Shown piece by piece: positions 51,176-62,620 of a stretch of DNA of 64,000 nt. How positions within the stretch are numbered: the stretch's first letter is position 1; every line of letters begins with the position of its first letter. This DNA comes from an uncultured Planctomycetota bacterium. GTDB lineage: Bacteria; Planctomycetota; Planctomycetia; Isosphaerales; Isosphaeraceae. A program made the position numbers and the translations under genes. A model generated the notes under the pieces. It had not been told where the DNA came from and searched no databases. It saw only the letters and a list, made by a program, of their open reading frames with translations. Where the stretch lies: the NCBI GenBank assembly GCA_963737655.1, contig CAVTTN010000002.1, positions 3,136,001 through 3,200,000 of the forward strand, given 5' to 3'.

Positions 51176-51775
51176 TCAAAGAGTGAAATCCAGGTCCCCG
51201 GCGAGGAGCCTTCCGCCGGATTTCGTGATCCGGTGGACCTGGGCGAAGCCGATTTCGATCCGGTCGAGGTCGGCCGGCGACAGCCCGTCGATCAGGGTCG
51301 TCATGAGGACCTTGATGACCACCCCGTGGGCGACGACCACGATCGATCGCCCCTCCTCCCGATCGACGATCGCTTGAAACGCCGGGACGACGCGATCTCG
51401 GACGTCGGCGAACGATTCGCCTCCGGGATGGGTGGCGTCGAGGTCCCCGGCGATCCATCGGGACCGGGAGTCTTCCCAGACGTGCCGGGACTCGGCCCAG
51501 GTCGTCCCGCTGAGCGGCCCCATCTTGCGTTCGTGGAGCGGCTCGACCACCTTGGCGGCCAAGCCGGTCGCCTCGGCGATGGCCTGGGCGGTCTCTCGGG
51601 CGCGTCTCATCCCCGAACAATAGAGGGCGTCGGGTCGTTCGGGCGCCAGGAGCGCGGCGACGGCCCGGGCCTGCTCGAACCCGCGAGGGCCGAGGCCGAT
51701 GTCCGACTCGAAGCCGTGGAACAACTCGGGGGCGGCGGTCTCGGCGTGTCGCAACAGGGCGATTTTCGTCGTCAT
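51176..51775 (-). CDS. Histidine phosphatase (phosphoglycerate mutase-like) family protein
   Basis: LLRHAET, RARETA, PGGES, VVAHG. Confidence 0.88.
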   Translation of the reverse strand: MTTKIALLRHAETAAPELFHGFESDIGLGPRGFEQARAVAALLAPERPDALYCSGMRRARETAQAIAEATGLAAKVVEPLHERKMGPLSGTTWAESRHVWEDSRSRWIAGDLDATHPGGESFADVRDRVVPAFQAIVDREEGRSIVVVAHGVVIKVLMTTLIDGLSPADLDRIEIGFAQVHRITKSGGRLLAGDLDFTL

Positions 51776-51934
51776 GAATCGGTCGCCCGGGCGTTTTGGG
51801 TGAGGTACGGGGTTGCCGAACTCCCGAGGGTTCGCCCATGATGGACGGTCGGCGAGGCCCCGGGTCGGGCCCGTCTTCCCCCCTCTCCGTTCGCCGGCCG
51901 AACCGCCGTTTTGGCCGCCCGAGGCCGCTCCACC

Positions 51935-52585
51935 ATGAAGACCGAGTCGGGCTCGAAGTACCGGACGATCCTCCTCTTCGGCATGCCCGGCAGCGGCAAG
52001 GGGACGCAGGGCACGGTCCTCGGCCAGCTCCCGGACCTCGTCCACGTCTCCTGCGGCGACATCTTCCGAAAGCTCCCGAAGTGGGGCGAGCTGGGCCGGG
52101 AGGTCGTCCGCTACACCTCCTCCGGCCTGCTCGTCCCCGATGACCTCACGGTCCGCATCTGGAGGAGGCACGTCCAGATCCTGGAGCTCCAGGAGCTGCT
52201 CCTCCCCGAGCAGCATACCCTGATCCTCGACGGCCTGCCACGCAACTACGACCAGGCCCAGCAGCTCGACGACATGCTCAACGTCGTCCAGATCTTCCAC
52301 CTGAACATCTCCGACACCGACAAGGCCAGCGAACGGCTCAAGGCCCGGGCCCTGCGGGAGAACCGCCTCGACGACATCAACGAGGAAGTCATCCGCAAGC
52401 GCCTGCAAATCTACTACGAAGAGACCTTCCAGACGCTGAGCTTCTACGACCCATCCATCGTCTACGAGGTGGACGCCTCGCAATCGCCGCTGGACGTCCT
52501 GCGGACGATCGTCGATCGGCTCTCCGAGGTGAACCGGAGCCGGACGAGGCCCAGGCCCTCGGCGATCTCCGAGACGGCGGGCTAG
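51935..52585 (+). CDS. adk: Adenylate/nucleoside monophosphate kinase, short-LID type
   Basis: GMPGSGKGTQ, SCGDIFR, GLLVPD, LDGLPR, NRLDD. Confidence 0.85.
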   Translation: MKTESGSKYRTILLFGMPGSGKGTQGTVLGQLPDLVHVSCGDIFRKLPKWGELGREVVRYTSSGLLVPDDLTVRIWRRHVQILELQELLLPEQHTLILDGLPRNYDQAQQLDDMLNVVQIFHLNISDTDKASERLKARALRENRLDDINEEVIRKRLQIYYEETFQTLSFYDPSIVYEVDASQSPLDVLRTIVDRLSEVNRSRTRPRPSAISETAG

Positions 52586-52594
52586 GGACGCCCC

Positions 52595-53212
52595 ATGTTC
52601 GGGCCCGGAGAGCCGTGGGACGTTGGACCGGTCGCCGTGCCGTTGCTGGCGCTGGTCAACGGCCCCTGGACCGTCCCCGACCTCCGTCTTGCCGCGGTGA
52701 TGAACGGCTGGAAGGTCTCCGAGCACCGATCTTATCCGTGTCTGAGGTTCGAGATGGGCGGCCCTCTCGGGCTGACCTCGCCCCGGCCGTCGGCGTCGCC
52801 AGCCATCGAGTTGCGGCAGGCCACGTATGGCCACTTGTTACTCTATTATCACTGCGAGGAGAACGACCTTCGGGATGAGGAGTTCGGCGACTTCGGCAAG
52901 GTCGATTTCGATCATGCTTTTGAGGTCTACCGGGACCGACTTTCCAAGGATTTGGGACGGCCCACGGTCGAGGGGCTCCATGATTTCCGTTGGTGGCCCA
53001 ATTCGCGTTATCATCACGGGATCTGGCGCGGCGAGCCGGGTCTGTTGATCCTCCAGCAAGGAGAAACGGACCTGCATCGTTGCAGTGGCTTCGACCTGAG
53101 CGTAATCCTCGACCGTCCGGGACCGGGCCCTTCGTCGCCGAGGGCGCCAGTTCTTGTGTTGGGACGTGGCGGATCGCTCGTTCGGTGGGATGAGGCGCGG
53201 GCCGAGCCGTGA
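52595..53212 (+). CDS. Hypothetical protein
   Basis: 205-aa ORF with globular composition filling the gap between genes; no recognised motif. Confidence 0.5.
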   Translation: MFGPGEPWDVGPVAVPLLALVNGPWTVPDLRLAAVMNGWKVSEHRSYPCLRFEMGGPLGLTSPRPSASPAIELRQATYGHLLLYYHCEENDLRDEEFGDFGKVDFDHAFEVYRDRLSKDLGRPTVEGLHDFRWWPNSRYHHGIWRGEPGLLILQQGETDLHRCSGFDLSVILDRPGPGPSSPRAPVLVLGRGGSLVRWDEARAEP

Positions 53213-53218
53213 ACGGCT

Positions 53219-53965
53219 TTAGCGAGAAGGCCCCGCGTCCTTCTTGGACGGGTCCTCGGGTCGGGTCGCCGCGGGAGCCTGGCCGGCTTGCGGCGGCATC
53301 TTCCTCTTCCTCACGTTCAAGAAGAGATTCGAGCCGACCGGGGACTCGAACTTCGTCGGACGATCGGTGTCGTGCGGTCCGTAGCAGGATGTCCAGAGGT
53401 CCCCTTCGATCCGGTAGATGCCCTTGTGGTACTTCCCGGCAAACTTGCCGGTCTCGATCCTCGCGTCGAATTCGGCCGGCGATTTCGACGGGTCGAAGGT
53501 GATGGTCCACCGCGTCACGACCTTCCCGTCTTTTTCGGTCCTCATCGAGTCTCCCTCCACGATGGTCAGGACCTTCGACGCCCCCTCACCGGAGTTCCCG
53601 AGGGCCCCATCGAACTCGCTGGTGACCCCCAGCCACTCCCCCTGGGGCGTCGTGGCGTCGTCCGCGATCGGCTCGGTGCTGGGAGGTTTTTCCAGGGAGC
53701 GGCGGACCGCTTCGACCTCCCGGCGGAGGTCGCTGAGGTCCTGGCGGCGCCCCTGCTGATCCCGGATGATCCAGTTCGCCAGTTGGAGGTTTTGCCTCTC
53801 GATTCGCTCGTTCGTCGCCTCGAGCCTGGCGATCTTCCGATCCTGTTCGATCCGCATCCGAGCCTGGATCACCACCATGAGGCCCAGGGCGATCATGGCG
53901 ATGGCGAGCATGGCGGTTCGGAGACTGAAGCGTCGCACGCTCGGCCTGCCCGGTCCCGGATTCAT
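53219..53965 (-). CDS. Membrane-anchored coiled-coil protein with a TIGR03067-like domain
   Basis: RRFSLRTAML TM anchor; QGEW...DPSKSP...KGIYRIEGD...RPTKFES. Confidence 0.75.
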   Translation of the reverse strand: MNPGPGRPSVRRFSLRTAMLAIAMIALGLMVVIQARMRIEQDRKIARLEATNERIERQNLQLANWIIRDQQGRRQDLSDLRREVEAVRRSLEKPPSTEPIADDATTPQGEWLGVTSEFDGALGNSGEGASKVLTIVEGDSMRTEKDGKVVTRWTITFDPSKSPAEFDARIETGKFAGKYHKGIYRIEGDLWTSCYGPHDTDRPTKFESPVGSNLFLNVRKRKMPPQAGQAPAATRPEDPSKKDAGPSR

Positions 53966-54297
53966 GGGATGCCTCCTCGCCTTCCGTCGCCCGCCGTGTC
54001 CTGGGTTTCGTTCGTCGGACCGTCGTCCCGGCAGGGGCGGCAACTCGGATGGCTCGATTGGCCATCGAGCCTCCTCCGGACGGCCGCCCGAGTCAACTCT
54101 CCCGTGCCGGCCCTCGGTCATGGGAGCCGGCGAAAAGTCCGGCCGGGCCGTGCGGGGCGTGGAAGGTTGTTCACGGGCCTTGCGACGGCCCGACGGTTCG
54201 GTATGGTGTTAGGGTCGCGCCCCGCGAGGCCGGCGTCCTCTCTCCGCGCCGATTGGCCGATCCCCTTCCCCGTGCTCTCTTTCGAGGACGTCGCGGC

Positions 54298-56569
54298 ATG
54301 TCGGTTTCACCCCCGATCGAAGCCCCCGAGGCCGCCCCGGCCCATGAACCGTTCGTGCCCGATGCGGCGCGGATTCCCGAGCTGACCGTCTCGGCCCTGC
54401 TCCTGGGCGCCGCCCTCGGCGTGGTCTTCGGGGCGTCGTCGCTGTACCTCTCGCTGAAGGTCGGGATGACGGTCTCGGCCTCGATCCCGGTGGCCGTCCT
54501 GTCGATCGCCCTTTTTCGCGCGTTCGGCAAGGGCAAGGGTCGAGTCCTCGAAAACAACATCGTCCAGACCGCCGGGTCGGCCGGCGAGTCGATCGCCTTC
54601 GGCGTGGGCGTGACGATGCCGGCCCTGATGATCCTGGGCTATGACCTCGAACAGCCGATCCTGCAGATCGCCGGGATCTCGATCACCCGCGTGATGCTCG
54701 TCGCCTGCCTCGGCGGGCTGCTGGGGATCTTCATGATGATCCCGCTGCGACGGGCGTTCATCGTCAAGCAGCACGGGACGCTCGTCTACCCCGAAGGCAC
54801 GGCCTGCGCCAAGGTGCTCGTGGCCGGCGAGGCGGGCGGGGCCGGCGCGAAGCCGATCCTCTTCGGCCTCGGGCTGGGCTTCGTCTATCAGATCTGCATG
54901 CAAGGTTTAAAGCTCTGGAAGGAATACCCGGCCTACGCCTTCCGCAGCTTCAAGGGGGCGTTCGTCACGAACGAGGCCACGCCGACCTTGCTCGGCGTCG
55001 GCTACATCATCGGTTTTCGGATCGCCTCGATCATGGTGGCCGGAGGGCTGCTCGCCTCGTTCGTCCTCACGCCGATCTTCGCCATGTCGCCCGAATTCGG
55101 GCCCATCACCGGCACGACCAATGCCGAGATTCTGAAAAACACCCAGGACCTCTGGGCGCGATCCGCAACAAATACGTGCTGTACATCGGCGCCGGGGCCG
55201 TGGCCACCGGCGGCCTGATCAGCCTGGTCCAGTCCCTGCCCACGATCTGGCAGGGGATCGTCGGCAGCGTCCGCTCGATCGGCGGGAAGACGGCCGGCGG
55301 CAAGGGGCGCTCGGGCCGCACCGATCGCGATTTGCCGCTGTGGCTCGTGTTGCTCGGCGTGGCCGGCTTGATCGGCGCGATCGCCGGGACGAACCTGATC
55401 CCGACCACGATGGAAGGCCGGATCGTCGGCGCATCGCTGATCGTCCTCCTCGGATTCCTGTTCGTGACCGTCTCCTCGAGGCTGACCGGCGAGATCGGCT
55501 CCTCATCGAACCCGATTTCGGGGATGACCGTCGCCACGCTCCTTCTGACGTGCCTCGTCTTCTTCCTCCAGGGCTGGATCGGCCCCGAATACCGGCTCGC
55601 GGCGCTGTCGATCGCGGGGATCGTCTGCGTGGCCTCCTCCAACGGGGGGACGACCTCTCAGGACCTCAAAACGGGCTACCTCGTCGGCGCCACTCCGGCC
55701 AAGCAGCAGATCGCCATCCTCGTCGGGGCGCTCACCTCGGCCATCGTGATCGGCTTCGTCCTCCTGAAGTTGAACGACGCCAGCACCGTCTACACCAGCA
55801 AGGCCGAGAACCTGCCGAAGATCTCCGCCGATGTCTCGAAGCTCACCGAGACCCAATCTCACGACGGCAAGACGTACAAGGTCTGGCGGGTCACGTCGCC
55901 GATCGAGGGCGACAACAAGGCCACGCTCGCCCTCCCCGGCAAGTATCTCGTCGATCCCGAGAGCGGCAAGCCCGCCTGGCTGATCGACCCCGGCATCAAT
56001 GGCCGGATCAAGACCCTGGACGACGGCAAGACCGAAGTGCCCAAGTATGATGCCCCGAAAGCCTCGCTGATGGCCCTGATCATCGACGGGATCATGGCCG
56101 GCAAGCTGCCGTGGGGCCTGGTGACGATCGGCGCCTTCATCGCGATCGTCTTGCACCTCAGCGGCGCCCGGCCCTGGCGTTCTCGGTGGGCGTGTACCTG
56201 CCGCTCTCGACGTCGATGCCGATCTTCCTCGGCGGCCTGGTGCGAGGGCTGGTGGACCGGGCCCGCAAGACCAGCGCCGAGGATTCGGACTCCAGCCCGG
56301 CCGTCCTGCTCTCCAGCGGCTATATCGCGGGCGGGACGATCGCCGGCACGCTGATCGCCTTCCTCTCGTTCCGGATGGACTGGCTGGCGAAGCTGGACGT
56401 CTCGAAGTACCTGCCCGGTCGTTACACGGACTCGCAATGGCCCGCCGTCGCGGCGTTCTCTGTCCTGGTCCTCCTGCTCCTCCTGGTCGGCATGGGCGCC
56501 CTGTTCCGGGACCGCGAACCCCGCTCGGCCGTGGAGGACGGGATGACCGTCCGCGAGGACGAAATCTGA
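54298..56569 (+). CDS. OPT family oligopeptide transporter, frameshifts near 55155 and 56168
   Basis: YLSLKVGMTVSASIP, ENNIVQTAGSAGES, YPEGTACA, SSNPISGM, SQDLKTGYLVGATP. Confidence 0.9.
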
Positions 56570-56615
56570 CGACCGGCTCGCCAACCGTTCGAACTTCCGC
56601 CCCGGAGCCTTTTCC

Positions 56616-58699
56616 ATGAGACGCCTGATCCCGATGGCGGCCCTCGCCGCCCTGTTCGCCCCGAGCCTCGGAGGGACCGTGCTCGCCGACGAAGGCATGT
56701 GGGTCTTCAACAACCTGCCGCTCAGGACCCTGAGGGAAAAATACGACTTCGAGCCCACCAAGGCCTGGACCGACCACCTCCGGCTCTCGTCCGTGAGGTT
56801 CAACTCGGGAGGCTCGGGCTCGTTCGTCTCGCCGAACGGCCTGGTGATGACCAACCACCACGTCGGCGCCGACACCCTCCAGAAAATCAGCTCGAAGGAC
56901 AAGGACTACTACCGGGACGGCTTCACCGCCGGGACCAACGCCGAGGAAGTCCGCGCCCGGACCTGGAACTCAACGTCCTGATCGCGATCGAGGACGTGAC
57001 CGACCGGGTCAACGCCGAGATCAAGCCCGGGATGGACGATGCCGCGGTGTCGCTGGCCCGACGCAAGGCAACGGCCGCGATCGAGTCCGAGAGCAAGGCG
57101 AAGACCGGCCTGCGCTCCGACGTGGTCACGCTCTACCAGGGCGGCCAGTATCATCTTTACACCTACAAGACGTATACCGACGTCCGTCTCGTCTTCGCCC
57201 CCGAGTTCGACATCGCCTTCTTCGGCGGCGATCCCGACAACTTCGAATATCCCCGATACGACCTGGACGTCTGCTTCTTCCGGGCCTACGAGGACGGCAA
57301 GCCGGCGAAAGTGGAACACTTCCTCAAGTGGTCGCCCCACGGATCGAAGGACGGCGAGCTCATCTTCGTCTCCGGCCATCCGGGTCGCACGAACCGCCTG
57401 AACACGGCCGCCCACCTCGAATACCTCCGGGACGTGGGATACCCGCTCCAGCTCGAATTCCTGTTCGACAAGGAGGCGTTCCTCCAGGAATACGGCCAGA
57501 GAGGCCCCGAGCAGTTCCGCCAGTCGAAGGAGGACCTCTTCGGCGTCCAGAACAGCCGGAAGGCCCGGATCGGCGGCCTCGGCGGCCTGAAGGACGAGCC
57601 GTTCATGACCTCCAAGGCCGAGGCCGAGAAGGCCCTCCGAGGCCGGATTCAGTCCGAGGCCGCCCGCCACGAGAAGTACGGGACGGCCTGGGATCGCATC
57701 GCAACCGCCGAGAAGACCGCCGCGAAGATCCTCAAGCCCTACAACTTCGTCGAGCGTGGCCTCGCCTTCGATTCCACCCTCTTCCAGGTCGCCCGGGCGC
57801 TCGTCCGCCTGGCCGAGGAGGACGCGAAGCCGAACGGCGAACGGCTTCGCGAATACCGCGACTCCGCCCGCCCCTCGTTCGAGCTCGCCCTCTATTCCGA
57901 CGCGCCGATCTACTCCGAGTACGAGAAGGCCAAGCTCGCCCACTCGCTCGCGTTCTGGAAGAAGACCAGCCCGGATGACCCGATGGTCGAGCGCGTCCTC
58001 CGGGGCCGATCCCCGGACGAGGTGGCCAAGGCGCTTGTGGATGGGAGCAAGCTCGCCGACGTCGAGCTGAGGAAGAAGCTGGCCAAGGGCGGCTCCGCCG
58101 CGATCTCCGCGAGCGACGACCCGATGATCAAGCTCGCCCTGGCCATCGACGCCGACGCCCGGGCCGTCCGCAAGGTCCGCGAGGAGGAGGTCGAAGGGGT
58201 CGAGGCCTCGCAATACGCCCTGATCGCCCGGGCGATCTTCGAGGACCAGGGGGACCGAGTCTATCCCGACGCCACCTTCAGCCTCCGACTCGCCTTCGGC
58301 ACCGTCAAGGGCTACACCATCGATGGCAAGACGATCCCGCCGTATACCACGATCGCCGGCGCCTTCGAGCACGAGAAGGCCCACGGCGCGAAGCCGCCGT
58401 ATCAGCTCCCAACGAGCTGGCACGAGGCGAAGAAGGACGGCCGCCTCAAGCTCGACACCCCGATGAACTTCGTCTCCACGGCCGACATCATCGGCGGCAA
58501 CTCGGGAAGTCCGGTCGTGAACCGCGACAACGAGGTCGTCGGGCTGATCTTCGACGGCAACATCCAGTCGCTCGTCCTCGATTTCGGCTACGAGGACCGC
58601 CTCGCCCGGGCCGTCTCCGTCGATTCCCGCGCGATCGTCGAGGCCCTCCGCGACGTCTACCGCGCCTCGGACCTCGTTAAGGAATTGACGGGCAACTAA
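56616..58699 (+). CDS. S46 family dipeptidyl peptidase, frameshift near 56957
   Basis: ADEGMW, TNHH, FFGGDPDNFEYPR, YPDATFSLR, DIIGGNSGSP, GLIFDGN. Confidence 0.92.
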
Positions 58700-59698
58700 C
58701 GGCCGAGTTGAAGACCCCAGCGACAGTGGGGAAACGAGTAGGTCCGACTTCGGTCGGGCCGACTCGTATCTCGGATCAGCCCGCGCAAGATCGTCTTCAT
58801 CGCCGACGCCACCGCCGGGAACTTCAGCGAGGCATGATGGAACCGCCGGGCCACGGCGATCGAGGAGGGCCCGAGCCCCTCGAATCTGCGGAGGGAATCC
58901 GTCGCCTCGTCCAACCTCCGACGCTCCTCCTCGAGCGCGAACTCCGTCCACGCCAGCCGGTTTTCCGCCTCGCGAAGCGCATCGCGGAGCCGGTCGCGAT
59001 CCCAGCGGAGGTCGGCGATGTCGCGCGCATGCTCGTAATAGATGTAGTCATCCAGGCAGTTCGCGGGCGTCGCCAGCCTGGGCCGGAGCGCCTCGTCCTC
59101 CCGGCGGACGTAGTAGCGATTGAGCCCGTCGAAGGTCGCGAACAGGTAGTCGGCCGCGAGCAACGTCGGCTCCCAGCCGGTCCCCCCGGTCGATTCGATG
59201 ACCAGGACCCGGGGCCGCCACCTCGCGAAGTCGCCCCCTCGAATGACGGCATCTTCATGAGACTCGACGTCGATCTTGAGGAAGTCGATCTCGCCGGGGA
59301 CGTACCGCTCGCAGAGCGTGGCCAGCGGGAGGACCGGCACGCTCGCCTCGACGACGGGGAACCCGTCGCGACGGAGGCCGGCGGCGAACTCGGGGCAGAA
59401 CGTGGACATCCCCAGCGACGTCGTCGCCTCGAAGAACGCGAGCCGGCCCTCGTGGTCGGACACGCCGACGTTCAGGTTCACGTCCCGGGGCCTCGCCTCG
59501 ATCAGCTCGCCGAACACCGGAGGGGCTCGGTTCGACGTTCACACCCGTCCACCCGCGATCATAAAAGTGCCGGGTCACGGAATGATGCGTCGGATGATTC
59601 GCGCCGATGTCCACGTAGAAGCCGCGATGCCCCTCGGGGAACAGGCGGTCGAGAAGGACGTCCTCGGCGTTCTGGGCGAAGGAGATCATCCGGGGCAT
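58696..59698 (-). CDS. FkbM family methyltransferase with C-terminal coiled coil, frameshift near 59520; true stop may be earlier (about 58776)
   Basis: ISFAQNAED, YVDIGANHP, GWTGVNVEP, FLKIDVE, FDGLNRYY. Confidence 0.85.
58735..58766. repeat. GTAG-family REP (family B, single copy)
   Basis: CGAGTAGGTCCGACTTCGGTCGGGCCGACTCG between convergent genes. Confidence 0.7.
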
Positions 59699-59733
59699 CG
59701 GGCCGCCCTCCTGGCGGTTGGGGTCGGTTCGGG

Positions 59734-60906
59734 TCAGGCCGTCCAGGCCCAGGAATTCCGCGAGTACCAGGAGGCGGAGATCGCCCGCCACTTCCGTTCG
59801 GCCAATACGTCCCAGTCGAACACGGCCTGGAGCCGCCTCCGGTCGCCCACGGCCTCGGCGATCGAGGCACGATTCCGCTCCAGGGCGTCTTCGATCACGT
59901 GGCACGTCGCCCACACGTCATCGCCGGGGCAAAAGTGAGCACCTGCAAAGGGGCCGAACAGGCTCCTCGTGGCCTCCAGCTCGGTCAGGAAGACCGGCGT
60001 CCCGCACGCCAGCGCCTCGAGGATCGGGATGCCGAACGCCTCGAAGTCCGACAGAAGGACCAGGCCGAAGCTCTCGGCATAGGTCCGCCGCAGCTCCTCT
60101 TCCGACACGTATCCGCGAAGCTCGACCGACGATCGCAACGCCTCGGGCACGAGATCCAGAGCAGAATCGCTCCGATTGCCGATCACTACGAGCCTCAGGC
60201 TCGGCCAGCCCCGCTTGAGGATCGTCATCGCCGCGACGACCCGGTCGAACCGCTTCCTCGGCTCGGCCAGGTCGCCCACGAACACCAGCTGTTGCTTGCG
60301 GACCGCCGGCCCGGGTCGGAACGACCGAAAATCACAGCCCAGGGGCAGATACGTCCCGATATTGCGATCCGGCGCCCGTTTGTGGACCTCGCGCCGCTCC
60401 CACGTCGAGTCGCACAGGACGAGGTCGGCCCGGCGAATCACCCGGCGATGGACGTCCTCGGTGAACTCGGCCTGCCCCGGACCCATCGGCACGGTCCAGC
60501 TCGGCTGGTCGTGAGGAGTGTAGATCAACGTGGTTGAGTCCGCGAGATTTGCGAGCAGATCCTGATGGGTGGCCGCGTTCGCCCAGCAGACGCATTCGAC
60601 GGCGTCCCAGCGATCCTCCCGGAGCAAATCGGCCAGGTCGCGGTTGCCATTGTCCAGAGCTTCGGGCCTCTGGAAACCCCGGCCGACGTGCAACGTGCAT
60701 CCGTGGTCACGGGCGAATTCGGCGGCGAGGGCCAGGTTCTTGGGGTTCGCGTCGTCGATCGCGAATTCGTAATCGGCGCGGTCGAGCAGGCGTTCGGAGA
60801 GTTCGAACAGGGCCCGGCCGATCCCCGAATATAATTGATTCGACGAGGAAATCACGCTCAAGACGCGCATCCGGCGGCTCATGGCGGCCCTCCCGTCCCG
60901 GTTCAT
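59734..60906 (-). CDS. Glycosyltransferase family 4
   Basis: EAFGIPILEALACGTPV; ATGA overlap with the upstream gene. Confidence 0.88.
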   Translation of the reverse strand: MNRDGRAAMSRRMRVLSVISSSNQLYSGIGRALFELSERLLDRADYEFAIDDANPKNLALAAEFARDHGCTLHVGRGFQRPEALDNGNRDLADLLREDRWDAVECVCWANAATHQDLLANLADSTTLIYTPHDQPSWTVPMGPGQAEFTEDVHRRVIRRADLVLCDSTWERREVHKRAPDRNIGTYLPLGCDFRSFRPGPAVRKQQLVFVGDLAEPRKRFDRVVAAMTILKRGWPSLRLVVIGNRSDSALDLVPEALRSSVELRGYVSEEELRRTYAESFGLVLLSDFEAFGIPILEALACGTPVFLTELEATRSLFGPFAGAHFCPGDDVWATCHVIEDALERNRASIAEAVGDRRRLQAVFDWDVLAERKWRAISASWYSRNSWAWTA

Positions 60907-61289
60907 GACGCCTCGGCGAGGCGGTCGGCCTCGAACTCGGGGAACGGCAGGGACGGCTGATCGCCCGGGCCGCGAGCGGCCTCGTCGCGGGCGGTCAACG
61001 CCTCCACGCGGTCTTCCAGGGCCGCGAGCCGACGGGCCATGGCCACATAGTCCCATCCGAACGCGATCGTGGCCTGCAATTGATCGTTCGTGCGATCGAT
61101 TCGCGTGTGCAAGTCCTTGATGGAGGATTCCGCGGCGTCGTGCCGCAAGCCGTGGGCCGCGAGGATCTCCGCGTTGCGGACGAAGATCGGCCGGAGGACC
61201 CGGCGGAACGCCCTCCGGACGACCGTGAGGACGCGCTTCGGCCCGGTCGGACTCGGCCCCAGGTCGTTGTAGAACGCATAATCGGTCAC
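60903..61289 (-). CDS. Small coiled-coil hypothetical protein in the polysaccharide cluster
   Basis: GGAGG RBS with GTG start; amphipathic RRAFRRVLRP followed by heptad-like segments. Confidence 0.65.
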   Translation of the reverse strand: MTDYAFYNDLGPSPTGPKRVLTVVRRAFRRVLRPIFVRNAEILAAHGLRHDAAESSIKDLHTRIDRTNDQLQATIAFGWDYVAMARRLAALEDRVEALTARDEAARGPGDQPSLPFPEFEADRLAEAS

Positions 61290-61342
61290 TTCGCGGCCTC
61301 CGTTGCTCTCGGCCCGTCCGAACTCGATCCTCGCCCGCGGAC

Positions 61343-62620
61343 TCAGGCCGCCACGCATTCCTGGATGATCACCTTGGAGAGCCGTTCGGCCAGCAGGGCG
61401 AGCCGGTACGCCTCGTCGGCCGACCCCGCGCCCGAGCGGTCGGCCTTTGCCGCTTCACCCAGGGCCCGCTCGATCCGCGGGGCGATCGCGTCGAGGTGAA
61501 AGTCGCGGCGGACGACGGCGGCGGCTCGTCGGCCGATCGGCGCGGCGTCGATCGTGCCATCGAGGACCGAGGCGAACACCCGGGCGAACGCTTCGGGCGT
61601 CCGGGGGGCCTTCAGGGCGTGGACGCCGTGGACGAGCCATTCGGCGATCCCGCAGATCGGCGTCATCACCGGCACGCACCCCCTCGCCGCCGCCTCCAGG
61701 GGGGCGAAGCCGAACGGCTCCCGCTCTCGCGTCGGGAATGCGAAGAGGTCGGCATTCGCGAAGATGTCCGAAAGCTCGGATTGGGTCCGCGGGCCCCGCA
61801 GCCTGACCCGATCGGAGACCCCGAGGGACTGGATCAGGTGGGGGACGTATCCATCGGTCACACGGCCATACAAATCGATCTCGAAATCCTCATGCCCGAG
61901 GTCGCGGAGCCTGGCCGCCGCCTGGACGAGCAGGTCCATCCCCTTGTCGATCTGGCGGTCGATCTGACCGGCCGCCGAGACGATCCTCAGCCGGCCGGCC
62001 TCGAGGTAGGACGACCGGGCGGGGCCGATGGTGCCGTGGACCCAGTTCGAGACGGTCTCGACCTGCCCCCTCAGCGACAGTCCCCCGGCCGCGATCTCGT
62101 CGGCCAGTTGCTGGCTGCACGCGAGGTAATGGCCGCGAAGCTGCCGGCTGACCTCGCTCGCGAAGGTCGGGACGAGCCGCCCGGCGGACCGGCAGAGCAT
62201 CAGGGGGACGTCGTCCATCAGGTGCCAGACCCAGGGGATTCGCAGATGATGAAGCGTCGCCATCAGCCCGAGTCCGCCCACGCCCACCAGCATCCACACA
62301 TAAACGACGTCGGGGCGAAACGCCTCGATCTCCGCCAGCAAGGCGTGCACGTTGAACGCGCTCACCCGGAGCGACTCGCCCTGCTCCAGATGCACGGTCA
62401 CCGGCGCGCTGTTCACGAAAAGATAATGACTCCAGGATTCGACCAGGCGCAGCGATCGAGAAACGTGAGGCTCCGAAGGCGCGGGGACTCGCGGGGCCGA
62501 GGTCAGGACGCGGGCCTCGTGGCCCCTCGTCCGCAGGGCCTCGACGGCCTGGCGGCAGCCGAGTTCGTAGCCGCCGATGACGTCGGGCGGGTAGAGGTTG
62601 GTCAGGACGAGGACCCTCAC
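61343..62620 (-). CDS. Glycosyltransferase family 4
   Basis: VLTNLYPPDVIGGYE, EPFGFAPLEAAARG; GTGA overlap. Confidence 0.9.
   Translation of the reverse strand: MRVLVLTNLYPPDVIGGYELGCRQAVEALRTRGHEARVLTSAPRVPAPSEPHVSRSLRLVESWSHYLFVNSAPVTVHLEQGESLRVSAFNVHALLAEIEAFRPDVVYVWMLVGVGGLGLMATLHHLRIPWVWHLMDDVPLMLCRSAGRLVPTFASEVSRQLRGHYLACSQQLADEIAAGGLSLRGQVETVSNWVHGTIGPARSSYLEAGRLRIVSAAGQIDRQIDKGMDLLVQAAARLRDLGHEDFEIDLYGRVTDGYVPHLIQSLGVSDRVRLRGPRTQSELSDIFANADLFAFPTREREPFGFAPLEAAARGCVPVMTPICGIAEWLVHGVHALKAPRTPEAFARVFASVLDGTIDAAPIGRRAAAVVRRDFHLDAIAPRIERALGEAAKADRSGAGSADEAYRLALLAERLSKVIIQECVAA

Noticed and set aside
14584..58951. Very long antisense or alternate-frame ORFs (e.g. 14584-17139, 20381-23149, 40155-42731, 49002-51839, 56909-58951)
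   Set aside because: They are shadows of real high-GC genes on the opposite strand, with Arg/Gly/Pro-rich translations and no motifs.
505..59525. About a dozen frameshifted genes (near 510, 4611, 10591, 14080, 17450, 23565, 39954, 50762, 55155, 56168, 56957, 59520) read as pseudogenes or programmed frameshifts
   Set aside because: They are single-base indels, mostly in short G/C runs, in otherwise intact and unrelated genes with no in-frame stops. This pattern fits long-read consensus error; read mapping would settle it.
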